DNA from: Selaginella moellendorffii
Lineage: Eukaryota > Plantae > Lycopodiophyta
DNA length: 64,000 bases
Reading direction: 5' to 3'
NCBI RefSeq assembly: GCF_000143415.4
Contig: NW_003314292.1
Coordinates: 1,557,498-1,621,497 of the forward strand
The number at the start of each line of letters is the position of its first letter. The first letter of the stretch is position 1. Shown piece after piece: positions 1-14,900 of this stretch. The notes beneath the pieces are model-generated. The model was not told where the DNA came from and ran no database searches. It saw only the letters and a list, made by a program, of their open reading frames with translations. The translations under genes and the position numbers were made by a program.

Positions 1-812
1 GCAATGTATCGGAAGCTCAAGTTCGTGATATGTTACGCAGCTCCGGGCCAGTTCGTCCAGTTTTTTATGCTGCAAGTTTAAACACGTACGTGATTCACTG
101 GAGAGATCTTTTGCTGGATGCGACTAAGCACGTACATCAAGCTCTTGCTTCTTGCTTCGCAGAGAGCTCGGATTTGGTGTTGGGATTCTTCCTCTGCTTA
201 CGTTTGAAATTGAAGCGCATAGTGTAGACCCGTCTTGCTGCAGCGTCTACGATTTCTGCTTTATTGGAAGGTCCAGCCAAAGCTTTCCTCCAAGTAGCAG
301 AGTACAAGGACTCGGGAAAAGCCGGCTCGTTTACAACATTATCCACATCCCTTGGGCAGATCATTGTCCAACTTTATACAGGTCTTTAAAATGGGGCTTA
401 CTGAATCGTCATTTCTTAGGACTGCTTGCTTTCTTTGTTTCATAGTTATCTTCTCAAAATATTGTTCTTCTTTTGCTACAAAATTTGACAATTTCAATCG
501 TCTTCCAATAGGAGTACTGAATGACGTTATCAACACTGTACACAAAAGAATATTTGACTCTTCCGATCAGACACTTTTGGTGAGGAAGTCTGCAGCGTTC
601 CCCCGGCCCATGATCCGCTTCGACTTAATGAAAAGCTTCCATGTTGGTAGCGCTCTTCGATGAGAGGTAGCTCTGCAGCACAATCTCTCAGCAGCTCCCA
701 GATTCGCTGGAAACTTGTCAGTCCTCCCCGGCCAGCAACGAACCAACGCAACCGCCGAGGAGGGCGGACACGACGTCGAGACTTTCCTCTCGAGGCCTTG
801 GAAGTCGGATAG

Positions 813-1745
813 AAAAGCCTTGACGTCGCCAGAGGCGAAGACATTCTGATCAAGAAGAAATACCCTCTTGAGGAGTCAACTTTTAAAAGCCCGCGAAGTT
901 TAATTGTGCGAATAGATTTGGCGGCGGCGGTGGTGAAGACTGGCAAGCCATTCCCCCCGCGTTTCGGGGAATGGGCCATCAATGTCAACAAGGTGAAATC
1001 ATACACTCGTTTCAAGCGCTGGTCGGGAGTGAAGAAGCCCTTTGCGAGAGTAGCAAAAGCTTGTTTGGGCTTGTCCGATTGGGATTATGCTGCCGAGGAA
1101 GCTGCACAGATTCTGGGAAGGGATGAGCAGGGCAACAAGGCTGTGCTCATTGGGGAGGGCTTGTGCGGCCTCACAATTACGGAAGAAGTTCCCTCCACCA
1201 AGATCTACAAGGCTGGAGACAAGATCAAGCTTGTGTTTCCTTTCCTCAAGGAAGGAAGGAAGGAGGTGGAGGGGATTATCCTTTCACACCCCGAGCCCAG
1301 GGACAATGGTGGCAGACATGGCGGTGAAGGCTTTCCCAGCTTATTGCGTGGGGTTTGCAGATTGGGAGCCCGACTTGTATCCACGCACGCAGATGGAGGA
1401 CAGAAACACCCCATCTTCTGCTCCACTGCAATATGAGGGACGAGGTTGTGGCGAGGCTCGGCTACCCGAGCACTGATCTTCTGACGGGGTTGCCGGTGGA
1501 TGTGAACGCTGCCTCGCATGGAGATGCTATTGTTGCGTTCTCCGGCAGCCTTGGGATTGGGGGGATGTATGTCATTTTTCCCCTGTATCAATCACACGCT
1601 TCAGATGCTTCGGGTGCTCGAGACTAGGGAGGCGTTGCGGGCATCTGGTTATCCGATCCCAGCAGAGTACGAAGGGACCAGGTTGCAAGAGAAAGAAGTG
1701 TTTAGGATTAAGCAATTGCGTAAAGGACTAAGTAGTATTGGTTAA
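813..1745 (+). pseudogene. Frameshifted ORF of unknown family
   Basis: Overlapping + frames 906-1436, 1087-1476, 1355-1627 and 1518-1745 chain into one protein-like sequence through about 3 frameshifts. No family recognised. Confidence 0.35.
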
Positions 1746-2365
1746 GTATTAATTCATTCACTCCTTGCATCTCGTCAAGATTCGATAGATTCTCCCGGCC
1801 TGGGCATTTAGCGTACTAGAATTTTCAGGAGCAAAGAATGCCATGTTAGAGGTAAACTAAGGGAAAATCAGACCAGCGGTTTTCAGCAACTCAAAAAATC
1901 CTTAAAATCTTTGAAAGGCCTTCAACAAAGGTAATAATCCTTTGTTTCTCTTCATTCTTTCTAACAAAAAGTTCTATTTACAAATTTTGTATCAAATATG
2001 TTACTTGACTGACACTAATGCTTTTAAATTATGATTTTTTCAACTAGAAAATAATTCACAATCTACTTTGTTGAAAATTTATTTCTTAAATATTAATTAA
2101 TAATTTGTTTATTAATAATTACTTTATGATCTAATAAAGACAACACTTTCAGAAACATAGTCTTTTTTGTGTTGAGTTTAACGTAAGTTTAAGAGGCGAG
2201 GAGAGCACACCGATGTCCCGGGAGAAGAATTCTTGCTCAACTCTTTCTTCCTGAGCTTGAGAATGGCCAGGATTTGGATACTTCCGAGTGTTGGAAGAGA
2301 TCCCATAGCTACAGGTCCACCACCATCAAAAGCGCTTGAAACATTGTCCTTTTTCTTCCCATTAA

Positions 2366-2438
2366 GGGGATGTAGCTCAAATGGTAGAGCGCTCGCTTAG
2401 CATGCGAGAGGCACCGGGATCGATACCCGGCATCTCCA
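2366..2438 (+). tRNA. tRNA-Ala (AGC)
   Basis: 73 nt GGGGATGTAGCTCAAATGGTAGAGCGCTCGCTTAGCATGCGAGAGG...GATCGATACCCGGCATCTCCA. Stems pair, anticodon AGC, T6 Pol III terminator directly downstream. Confidence 0.97.
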
Positions 2439-2781
2439 AATTTTTTCGCCTTTGAGCTCGGGAGGATTATAGTTGACCAACCAGTTTCTTTGCTTCTAAG
2501 CTGGCAACATGGACTTCGCGATTCGAAGAATAGGAAGTGGTCAATAAATAAATGACAATCCAGTGTGCCTATCCCACCCGCTCCTCCATCGCTAGCATAA
2601 AATCTCGTCCCTCCATAACATGATCCACCAAAACCTCCACTCGTCTCGATAGATCCCGCTGCTCACCACCATCCAGCACATGCGAGACCCTCAACCTTTA
2701 AGTGTTGGAGTGGCGACTATATCCAACATTCCATTGTTCCAAGGCAATGAGAGGCGGATGGAAACCAACACCATTGCCTGC

Positions 2782-2903
2782 CGTGCACAGAAACTCCGGC
2801 ACCGTAAACGAGGCCCGGATCAGCGGCCGCATTGCGAAGTATAAAACTGGAAAGGAGTGGCGGTTCTAAAGTTGTAGTCTTGACTCATTGTCTGGAATCG
2901 TTG
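2782..2903 (-). pseudogene. Deleted fragment of the subtilase last exon
   Basis: Matches about 5428-5588 in blocks (cgtgcacagaaactc, cgtaaacgaggcccggatcagc, aaactggaaaggagtggcggttct, gaatcgttg) with gaps. Confidence 0.85.
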
Positions 2904-3310
2904 GCAAAAGCACTGGACTGGATATTTAAGCCCACTGTTTTATAAGCAGAAGCTGGAGTTTCAGTTGGACTTTCTAGATCCGGAGGCCGCGTTTGTAGGT
3001 GCTTGCCTCGCTCTGGAGCTGAAAGCTCGGCGTCTCAAACGTCTCCCGCTCAATGGTTATTGCAAAGAGCTCGTTAGCTTGGACGTAGGCAGAGCCTGGA
3101 GCTCTACGGCTCGTCTGGATTTCGAACGGCTAAAGCTCTGGACAAGACACACTTTGAGTGCCTTAAACGCTGACTTACGCTGAAAAGCGACGGATCCCAG
3201 ACAGGAGGATATTGTGCGCACAAGGTGGCCAAGCAGATATTAGTGGGGATATTGGTATATCGTTAGCTGAGGGAATGCAAGGAGCTAACGATAAGTGAAT
3301 GATACGATCA
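2900..3310 (+). pseudogene. Inverted, deleted fragment of the F-box gene at 9670-11040 or a close paralog
   Basis: LDFLDPEAAFVGACLALELKARRLKRL..CKELVSLDVG versus LDFPDLEAAFVGDCMKLELKAPRFKRL..CQELVSLDVG; the ggaggatattgtgcgcacaaggtggccaag block is shared. Confidence 0.88.
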
Positions 3311-3423
3311 GCCGTGGAATTGTCCTACTGCCGTGAGAGACCAGAGTTATCCCACGAGCGAGCTCGCGAGTATATAAGAGGGCTAGTCATCTTTAGTTTA
3401 TGCGTTGACCAAAACTAAAAAAG

Positions 3424-3960
3424 ATGTGGAACACAATGCGAGCCAGGATATCCTGGTCGACGCTGCCGTGCGAGGGCGCCGCGGATGCGATTCGAGCACT
3501 GGCACTGCCTCGTCTCCAGCACCACGATGCTGCCAGTCCGGCTGCCTGGGAGCTCGGCCCGAGCGACATCGTCGATGGATCCATGCCAAGCCGCGACATC
3601 CTTAACTATCTTGCTGAAGCTCGACGCGAGAACCCTAACGCTTCGCCGAGTGTGTGCCACGAGATTTCTCTCCAGCGTGGAGGAGAATAAATACTCTTCG
3701 CATCCTCCAGATGCCCATCGCGCGATGCTCAGCGCTTGCTGCTTAGCTGGCCGAGTAGAGGAAACGAATAATCGACTCTTGCCTAGAAATGCCATGCTTT
3801 GCAGCATATCAAAATGAAGGAGAGAGATGTTTACACGTGGACGTCCGCGATTCACGCATTTGCCCAGGAAGGGCATCTTTCGGAGAAAGGAATCTCGCCT
3901 CCTGGATAGCAATTCTGACAGCATCATCCCAGAACGGGCATATTCGGGACGTGGGACCCT
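3424..3960 (+). pseudogene. Decayed PLS-PPR gene fragment
   Basis: Broken frames give MKERDVYTWTSAIHAFAQEGHL and RNLASWIAILTASSQNGHI, which are typical PPR motifs. Confidence 0.65.
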
Positions 3961-4339
3961 GTCACAATGTGAATTGATCTCTTGATGCGATCGATCTCTT
4001 CTCCGCTCGTGATCGATCCCAGCGACACCTCCGCAGAAAATAAATCTGGCTCCACGGATAAACTTGCTCCAATTAGCTGTCTTTTAAGGTATCTTTAAGC
4101 TAGAACACCAACTTAGCAATCAGGACACATTTCATCCTTTCTTGAGTAAACGATGCAGCTTATCCATATACTCGTAGAGATTTTTCTTGAGGAACGTAGC
4201 ACTTGCAATTGGTGGTCTCGTCCAAGCTCCAACCAGGTTAAGTTGTGAAGCGAAACCGAGATTTCGTCAGATCCACCAGCCCACTTTAAGTTTCCATCTG
4301 GAAATGATGAATGAAAGCTCATTCTCATCTTTGTGTTAA

Positions 4340-4412
4340 GGGGATGTAGCTCACATGGTAGAGCGCTTGCTTAGCATGCGAGAGGCACCAGGATCGATAC
4401 CCGGCATCTCCA
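4340..4412 (+). tRNA. tRNA-Ala (AGC), variant copy
   Basis: 73 nt with 3 differences from the 2366 copy, including an A-C mismatch in the T stem. Followed by an A-run; the first long T-run is about 30 nt downstream. Confidence 0.85.
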
Positions 4413-5028
4413 AAAAAAATTTCACTTGACTGATCTTGTTTGGTTTTTTCTTTATATGGTGAGAATGCTCACCTTAACAAATAACATATCAAGTTCTTAT
4501 GATTTAAACAACCATGCGAGGCACATTTCACCATGCCAGTCAAAAGGACGATAGTACTCGAATAATCTTCCTCACAAGCCACCAAACCGCGATTTTATTT
4601 GGAGGAGCCTTGGAAACTAGCAGTTAGCGCCACCATTTGAAGCAGCATGAGATCCATCACCATTGTAGGAAATCCCGCCTTCTTGCGTTCAAGGGTTCTC
4701 TAGATTATCGGGCCTCGGGGCTCCACAGCACATCGTCATCTTCTTTGATCTGCGAAGTTCACTCTGACAACGAAAAGTATTTTGCCTGAGAGAAGTCAAC
4801 CTGGGTTCCATAAGGCGGAAGTTTGATCCAGGAATTCTAGTCTAACATAGAATGATTTGCCTAATTTGTGACATTGAGCTTACCATCCACCTCTCATTAT
4901 ATTGTTACGTGCCTTTGCTTTGTAGCTTTGAGGCCCTTTTAACTATAATAATAATAATTATTATTATTCACATTAGTATGATTATAGGTTAAAACATATA
5001 GCCAAAGTTTATATCTATAATTTAATCT

Positions 5029-7843
<2,815 letters not shown>

Positions 7844-9669
7844 GCTGCTCGATCTGATACCAAGCAGTGGCCGTGCCTGCCCATTTTATAGCCCGGAAAG
7901 GAGCAGCGTAAGAAAGCCTTCCTTCCATCGATCGGTGCGCTAGTCACAGTCGGGGGGCTGGAAATCCCCATCTTCGTTTAATAGCATGCGACACAATCGA
8001 AAACGATCCGTGGGCATCAATCCAAAAGGAAGACACGATTCAGACGACTTTGATCGGCCGTAACTAGACGCATACCAAGATGATCCGGCTGTTGGAGAAT
8101 CGCGATCCACGAACAGCACGCCACGCCCCAGATTGTCCTCACATTCCCGCCCAGGATAATCCTTGCCCTAGAGGCATATCCTTTTAGATACTTTTAGATT
8201 TATTCCATATTGATGGCTCCTACTACCTACATGGAAGCCTCTCGACGAATCATCTTGCCGGAAAAGGGTATATTCTCGCGGATTGGAGCGGATCACAGCA
8301 TTTGCCCAGTGCGGGCAAATTCAAGACATGCAGAAATTTTCTCCAAGCAAGGCTGGCCATGGGGCCAGGGTCGCAGCTAAGCCAGTGCTTGCTAGTGCCA
8401 TAGCCAAAGCCATAGGCTGACCATGGCAAGACCAAGCGAGACCACAGGTCATGACTGACCATGGCTCGTGGCAAAGCATAAGAAAGCAGTAATATAAACA
8501 AGGCATGATTCCTTCCTAATGTTATCCCCACTTGCAAGAACTTACACTCGTTCCTTTTTGTCATGCAATCTAGAGAGTTTATGCATCCAGAAACATGGAC
8601 AAAAATCATTTGGGACAAAAGAACCATGAAAATGGTTTTGTCAATTCATGAAAAACTTAAGAGAAAATAAACTTTTTTATTAATAAAATAGAGCTTGAGC
8701 TTTACCTTACTAGCTCTACATGCAAAATAAATGTTATTGTAAACCAATTTTAAAACTATAGTAATAATTTTCTTCCTTGTTTCCTTTGGAAAAGGAATAT
8801 TCTAATAAAAAATTATCTTAATAATTATATCATTTTCTTATAAGAATTTTCTAATGAATACTAGCCTTAATCTATTAAAATGTGCTAACATTTACACACC
8901 ATTTGGCTGTTGGCAACAAGAAAATGACTAATGGAGTCAGCCACCCTTACTACTCTAAACTACTAATTTTTTATTTTAATTAAATACTAATTATAAATTG
9001 TAAATATATAGGATTATCTTGTAATATAATTTCCTTTAAAATGGCATTAAAATATTATTTATTAATCTATCTCCTGAGTTATTTTAGCTTGTTATTGGAA
9101 CACTCTTAACATGAAAAAAGGTTTCGACAAACTAGAAGACAATAACATTATCTTGTGGAGCATGATGATTTGTATGGCAATCTCTCATATGCATTGTGAT
9201 AATAGAATTTAAAATAACCATGTCCATTATAAAAAGGAATTGTGCTCATGAATGCAAATGTCTTTGTATAAACTAGGTTTTAATGGCCAAAAATATTATG
9301 TAATTTCTACTAAAATTGCTTTGGTTTTTTGCCCAAAAGTTATGTGTGTGAAGAGTGTTTTCCAAAGACCATATTGTAAGCATCAAAAAAGGAACAATTG
9401 TACCAAAAGTCTAGTCCCATCATATCCCTTGATCTTAATTTAAGGAAGAGTATAAAAAAAATGTGGTAAAGTATAAAAGAAGAACTATATGTAGACTACT
9501 AATCAAATTTACTTGGAATTTAAGAAAGATTATAAATTATAAACATTTTATAATTTCTTATGGATATTCAAAAATACAAAAACACTAATTAGTAGTTTAA
9601 GCTGGTTTTCCCACCAAAACCCCCATTGGAGTTGTTGTGTGTATGTGTGCTTGCTAATTACAACCAGTC

Positions 9670-11040
9670 TTAATCGCAGGAAATAGCTTCTGGAGTTGAG
9701 TCTCTGAGCAATCTTATTCTCAGCTTGGAAACATGGACCTGTGTGTCCAAACATCTCCTGGATTGCACCCCTGTGTCCAAACATTCCTGCCTTGAATGAG
9801 GAGTGGAGCTCGAGGACACCCTCAACTTGCTTAGAAGTTGTTCATCAGGAGCCCCCGCCACTTCAAGAGCTTCTAATGCTGGACACTGCTTGACAAGTGT
9901 GGCCAACATCTCCTCCAGCTCTCTCCCCAACACTGAGTCTTTGTTGTCTTCAATGCAGACTTTCCTTAGCTTGTAAGAGATGGACACTGCTCTCTCATGT
10001 CTGTAGACCAACTGATCCGTCTTGGAACACTTCCACAGGTGACAACGGCATCCACTTATAGACAGCTCCTTGCATTCCCTCATCTGCGGCAATACCAATA
10101 TTTCCTTGGCCACCTTGTGCGCACAATATCCTCCTGTCACCGATCCATGGGTTTTCAGCCTGAGGCACTCAAAGTGTCTCTTGTCCACAGCTGCAGCCGT
10201 TCGAAAACCAGACGAGCTGTAGAGCTCCAGGCTCTGCAATGGGCTGCCTACGTCCAAGCTAACGAGCTCTTGGCAACAACCAAGCGAGAGACGTTTGAAA
10301 CGTGGAGCTTTCAACTCCAGCTTCATGCAATCACCTACAAAGGCAGCCTCCAGATCTGGAAAGTCCAACTCGAAATCTCCGCCAGCTTCTGCCTCCAGCC
10401 TCAACTCTCTCAAGCTCGCCGAGCACAGTAACCCATTGAACGCATACATCTCCGCCTCCAGCCTTTCTAGCCTTGGACAAGAACCCAGTAGCTGCTGAAG
10501 ATTAATACCAGTGACCCTCTCGAGGATACAGCAAGTGAGTGCCGGGAATGACACCGCTAACTTCCGGTCCCCATAGTTGACCTTACGAACATCAACTCTG
10601 GCTAAAGACATGTATTTGAGCTTGGAACACTTGGAAAGACACTCGAGATCAAAGAAGTGCTCAACAAGTTCCAGCGGGCCACCATCGATCGTAATCTCCT
10701 CGAGGCACTTGCTTAAACCTGCTAGCCACGAGTAATCGTTGTGCAAGTGCCAGTGATACTTGTCGATGGTGAGCGTCCGGATCCGACCCAGTTTGAGACG
10801 CATTCCTTGCCAAGCCTGCAACTCCTTATAAAGCAGTGGGCTCAAATCGATTGACACATCCAGTCCAACCTTCTTACCAACACCGTTCCACCTCTTACAA
10901 ACTAAGCAATAGCCAGCATAGTTTCCATCCTCCCCACACTTGTTACTCACCCGAGATAGAATTTCAGCGAGAACTTCATCCGGCAGCTGATCTATTGCAC
11001 ACTTGACATTCTTAGCATTCTTAATACTGTTTCGTTCCAT
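9670..11040 (-). CDS. F-box/LRR-like protein
   Basis: IDQLPDEVLAEILSRV...CLVCKRW F-box followed by LRR-like repeats (LGSCPRLERLE). First ATG at 11040; the 3' end may be spliced. Confidence 0.85.
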   Translation of the reverse strand: MERNSIKNAKNVKCAIDQLPDEVLAEILSRVSNKCGEDGNYAGYCLVCKRWNGVGKKVGLDVSIDLSPLLYKELQAWQGMRLKLGRIRTLTIDKYHWHLHNDYSWLAGLSKCLEEITIDGGPLELVEHFFDLECLSKCSKLKYMSLARVDVRKVNYGDRKLAVSFPALTCCILERVTGINLQQLLGSCPRLERLEAEMYAFNGLLCSASLRELRLEAEAGGDFELDFPDLEAAFVGDCMKLELKAPRFKRLSLGCCQELVSLDVGSPLQSLELYSSSGFRTAAAVDKRHFECLRLKTHGSVTGGYCAHKVAKEILVLPQMRECKELSISGCRCHLWKCSKTDQLVYRHERAVSISYKLRKVCIEDNKDSVLGRELEEMLATLVKQCPALEALEVAGAPDEQLLSKLRVSSSSTPHSRQECLDTGVQSRRCLDTQVHVSKLRIRLLRDSTPEAISCD

Positions 11041-11114
11041 GTCTCTGTCAGGCAAGACCTAAACCTTAAAATGATATAGCAGAGAATCTACGCAGAATAT
11101 GTTAACAAATTGCT

Positions 11115-11530
11115 AGGGAGAATGCGAAGGATGGCGATGGCGATTATGTGCTCGCAAAATGCGTGAGGCTCAAGAATGCGATCGAATCTCGCCGAGGAAG
11201 TTCGGATTGAAAGAGAGGTCGGGATTTTCGGAACAGCTCAAATTCGCCCTCTGTATCGCGCAAGCGAAGCTGAGCAATGTCTACTCGCTTGGGGCAGAGG
11301 AGCCGAGCGAATGGCGCTCTGTGCCCGATCGTGTCGGGAGGGAGGCTTATAATCCAAGTTCGATTTCTCGCTGGAGAACTCGCCAGGAATCCAGGCGAGA
11401 GCAAGCAAAGGTGACAACACTCTCAAGCTTCTTTTGCTTTCTCGTTTTTCAGGTTCTCGGCTAAGTCGCTCGTATCTTCCTTGGTGATAATTGCAAATGC
11501 CGAATGGAACGGCACCACCGCCAACCGAAT
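11115..11530 (+). pseudogene. Heavily deleted duplicate of the 5' part of URB1
   Basis: Colinear blocks match about 12100-13345 (gctcaagaatgcgatcga, tccaaggtgacaacactctcaagcttc-type block, cttttgctttctcg..caggttctc) and include the intron 1 acceptor. Confidence 0.9.
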
Positions 11531-11906
11531 AATCTGTTCAGGCCCAAGGTGACGAAGTTGGATCCCTTTGGAGGATGGCGCATCTCTAGTGAAGAAATCA
11601 AAGCAAACATGAAACCATCGCCTCCTTGATTGGCAACCGGGACATGCCGCAATGCGGATTGGGAGATGAAGCACACCTATGCGGTCTCCAAAGAGTGGGG
11701 TACTCGTGCCAACGCTGGAGTAGCCACTGTGTGACCCGTGAGGAGTGAAACCAGCGAGCGCTGGTCACGGTGGCTGCCGATTGCTGTGGAGGCCAACGTT
11801 TGGAAAGAGCTTCAAAGAGGACCTATGGAACGAGTCCTTGAAAGCAAGAAGGTAATTCATCCCAATGGTTAGACAATGTGAATAGCCTCAATCTTTAAAT
11901 TCTTAG

Positions 11907-11932
11907 AACCCTAAACTGTGGTCTAGGGTTTT
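11907..11932. promoter_or_regulatory. Inverted pair of telo-box-like motifs upstream of URB1
   Basis: AACCCTAAA...TAGGGTTTT just 5' of the ATG. Telo-boxes are typical of plant ribosome-biogenesis promoters. Confidence 0.55.
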
Positions 11933-11937
11933 AGGCA

Positions 11938-14900
11938 ATGGAGGACGACGAAGAGGAGGGGGAGGGGATTGCGCAGCAGGGAATACAGCGACCGGTGATG
12001 GACGGGGTCGTGACAGGGATGGTGAGCAACCAGATGCTGGAAGTGGTGATGGGATTGTCGTCCAAGGCCGAGGAGCAGCAATCATCGGCCCTGGGGAGAA
12101 TGCGCAGGATCCTCCAGAGCGATGGCGATGGCGATGGCGATGGCGGGGGTGAGTTCTTGGTAGATTATGTGCTCGCGTCTCCCAAATGCGTGGAGCTCAA
12201 GAATGCGATCGAGGCCGGGCCCAAAGCTCGCATTGCCGTGTCCACTCTCGTGGTTCTTGCCGAGGTATTTCGTCACCCGGCGGGATTGAGAGAGAGATCG
12301 AGCTCTTGTTCTTCCAGAGATGGGGAAGAAGGGAAGAGATCGCTGGCAGTGCAGCTCAGGCTCGACAAATTCGCGCTGTGGATCGTGCAAACGAAGCTCA
12401 GCGATGTCTACTCGCATCTCTCGTCGGGGCAGAGGAGTCGAGAGAACGGTGCTCTGTGTCTCATGTCGGCGATCGTGTCGCGAGGGAAGCTTATCGCCAA
12501 GCAGGTAGCGTCCAAGTTTGATTTCTCGCTGGAAGCTCTGAAGAAACTCGCCAGGAATACAGCCAAGAGCAAGCAGCAATCCTCGATCGCTTCGTCTTCT
12601 TCCAAAGGTGACAACACTCTCAAGCTTCCAACTCGAGCTTTCTTCATCGATTTCGCTCTGTCGTTCTTGGTGGCGGGGGATTCAGGTCTGCTCAGGTGGA
12701 TTCTCCAGAAACGCGTCCTCTACGCCGGAGTTCTCCACGGCCTCGCGAGCGATGACGACGACACAGTCACTCGCGTGCTCTCCATTTTCAAGCGAAAGGT
12801 GCTACACGCTTCTTCTTTGGTTCCGCAAGGCATCCAAGTGGCTCTCTTTGGTGATGCTTCCTTGGAGCAGCTCCAGAAGATTACTGCTCGAGAGAGGCCA
12901 TCGGAAGCAGTGGATGTCGCGCAGGAAATTCTGCTGGCGGTTTGCACGGATCCGAGGCATGGGATTTGTCCCAGTGGTTCTTCGTGGGACGAGTTTCACA
13001 AGAGTAGTGGACAGTATGGAGGTGGAGCCGGGAGATTGCTCAGGTTAATGCTGAAGCTCAAGGCCTCAGAGCTGGATACTCACAGGGAGCTTCTACTCGC
13101 TATTGCAAATGCCAGGCCACTGCTAGCGGCTGCTTACATTGATGCGTTTCCTTATTCTTTGGAACCTCGGACGTCCACAACCTGGTAGAGTAATCGCTTT
13201 TATGGATTGTCTTCGTCCTAACTGGAGTATCTTTTGCTTTCTCGTCTTCCAGGTTCTCCGCTATGTCGCTTGTATCTTCCTTGGTGAGAATCGCAAATGC
13301 CGAAACACCATTCGACAGATACTCTGGAACGGCACCTCCGTCAACTGAATCGTCTGTAGTACAGAGCTGCCTTCGTCGGGTTTTGCCGCAAGCGTTTTCA
13401 CGGCCATTGGTCAACAGGGCCCTTCTTCACGACGACAGTATGGTGACGCATGCCTGTTTGAAGCTGTTGCTGGAAGTACTTGCGGTGCTGGAGAGGCTGC
13501 TGCAAGCCATACAAAGTAGACGACAAGGCTCCGAGTTTTCAGAAGATTGGATGAAACTTGGAACCTACATCCAAGACAAGGCGAGGACGGTCTTACCAGA
13601 TGGTCAGACTCTGGTATCTGTGCATTCCTCGTTTAAAAGCACCACAGGCTCCAAGAGGAAACGCGACGATTCTCATGAAGATGGCGTGAAGAAGAGGTTG
13701 AAATCTACCAGCGGCATCGCAGTAAAGCTTGAGCACAAGGAAGCAAGCTTGACAAGATTGAAGGAGATATGGGGAGAAGACTTTGCCGAAGAAGAAGATG
13801 GCACGACCTTCTTGCAAGCTAAGCTACTCGATGTCTTCCGTGCGTACTTGGTAAACAAATGCTTTCCATTTTACTTGGTAATTGACGTGCATACTGTAGG
13901 TTGTTCTGCCTCTTGCGCTAAGAGACATCAACTTCGATCCTCTCAAGTTCGTACCAGAGGACGCGAAGTGCCTTAGTTCGTCTCAGCAGCACTCTCTTGT
14001 GGCACTGTTGCTGTTAGCAAGACGCTCAGGCGCGCTGGGGGATGGTCTTTACACAAGTTCCAAGCTGCTGACCAGGCTAGTGGTAAGCTTGAAAACCGTT
14101 GAGTTACGCCAGAAAGCTCACGTTCTTCTGGACGAAGCGTTGCTCAGCACTGGTGCGTTTGAAAACAACCCGTACGAGATCTCGGTTTGGCTTCACAACT
14201 TGCCTGGTTGGCCGAATGGTAGCTTGGACGAGACCATCGCTACATTCCTGTGTGACCTGGTGCTGAACGTCGGGAGAAACCTCTACAAGTATATGGACCA
14301 GCTGCATTCTCTACTCACGAAAGGAACTGGTGGGTAAGCCACTGCTTTGCTTTGAAACGTGTACTTACTGCTAAGTTTCTGTTCTCTAGGTGATGAATTT
14401 GGACCTTTGGTTGTCTGCTCATTGGATGCGTTCGTGCGTCTTGCCCGTCCTGAGGCCAAGAGCTTAAAGATACCTCAAAAGGCAGCTATATCAGCTTACC
14501 TCGCGAATGTTTTAGATTTGCTTTTACATTCTCAGGTTGGTCCTTGTTCTTTGTTTTACTTTTTGATAGCTAAAGCGTTGATCGACATAGGTGTACCCTC
14601 GCAGTTTGGCGATGGTTATCACGGCAATGCTGAGCAGCAACTGTGAGCCAAATGCGTGCGAGTGGACTGCGCTGAAACTGTTGCTGCGTTCACTTGCGGC
14701 TACTTCTGTTTCGGAAAGAAAGAAGAGTGTTTCCCGGAGGGAAACTTGTTCGTTTAGCAAGCTGCAAGATCTCTTGGAAACGTGCCGCGAAGACGAGTCT
14801 ACTCCAAGCGCCGTCAAAGCCTTTGCGTTTGCAAGGTCTTTGTATTGCGTTCATCCTACGGAGCTCATCGCGAATTTTCACCAGCTCCTGGAAGTATTCA

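Noticed and set aside
152-445. GLGKSRL resembling a Walker A motif
   Set aside because: No supporting NTPase context; probably chance.
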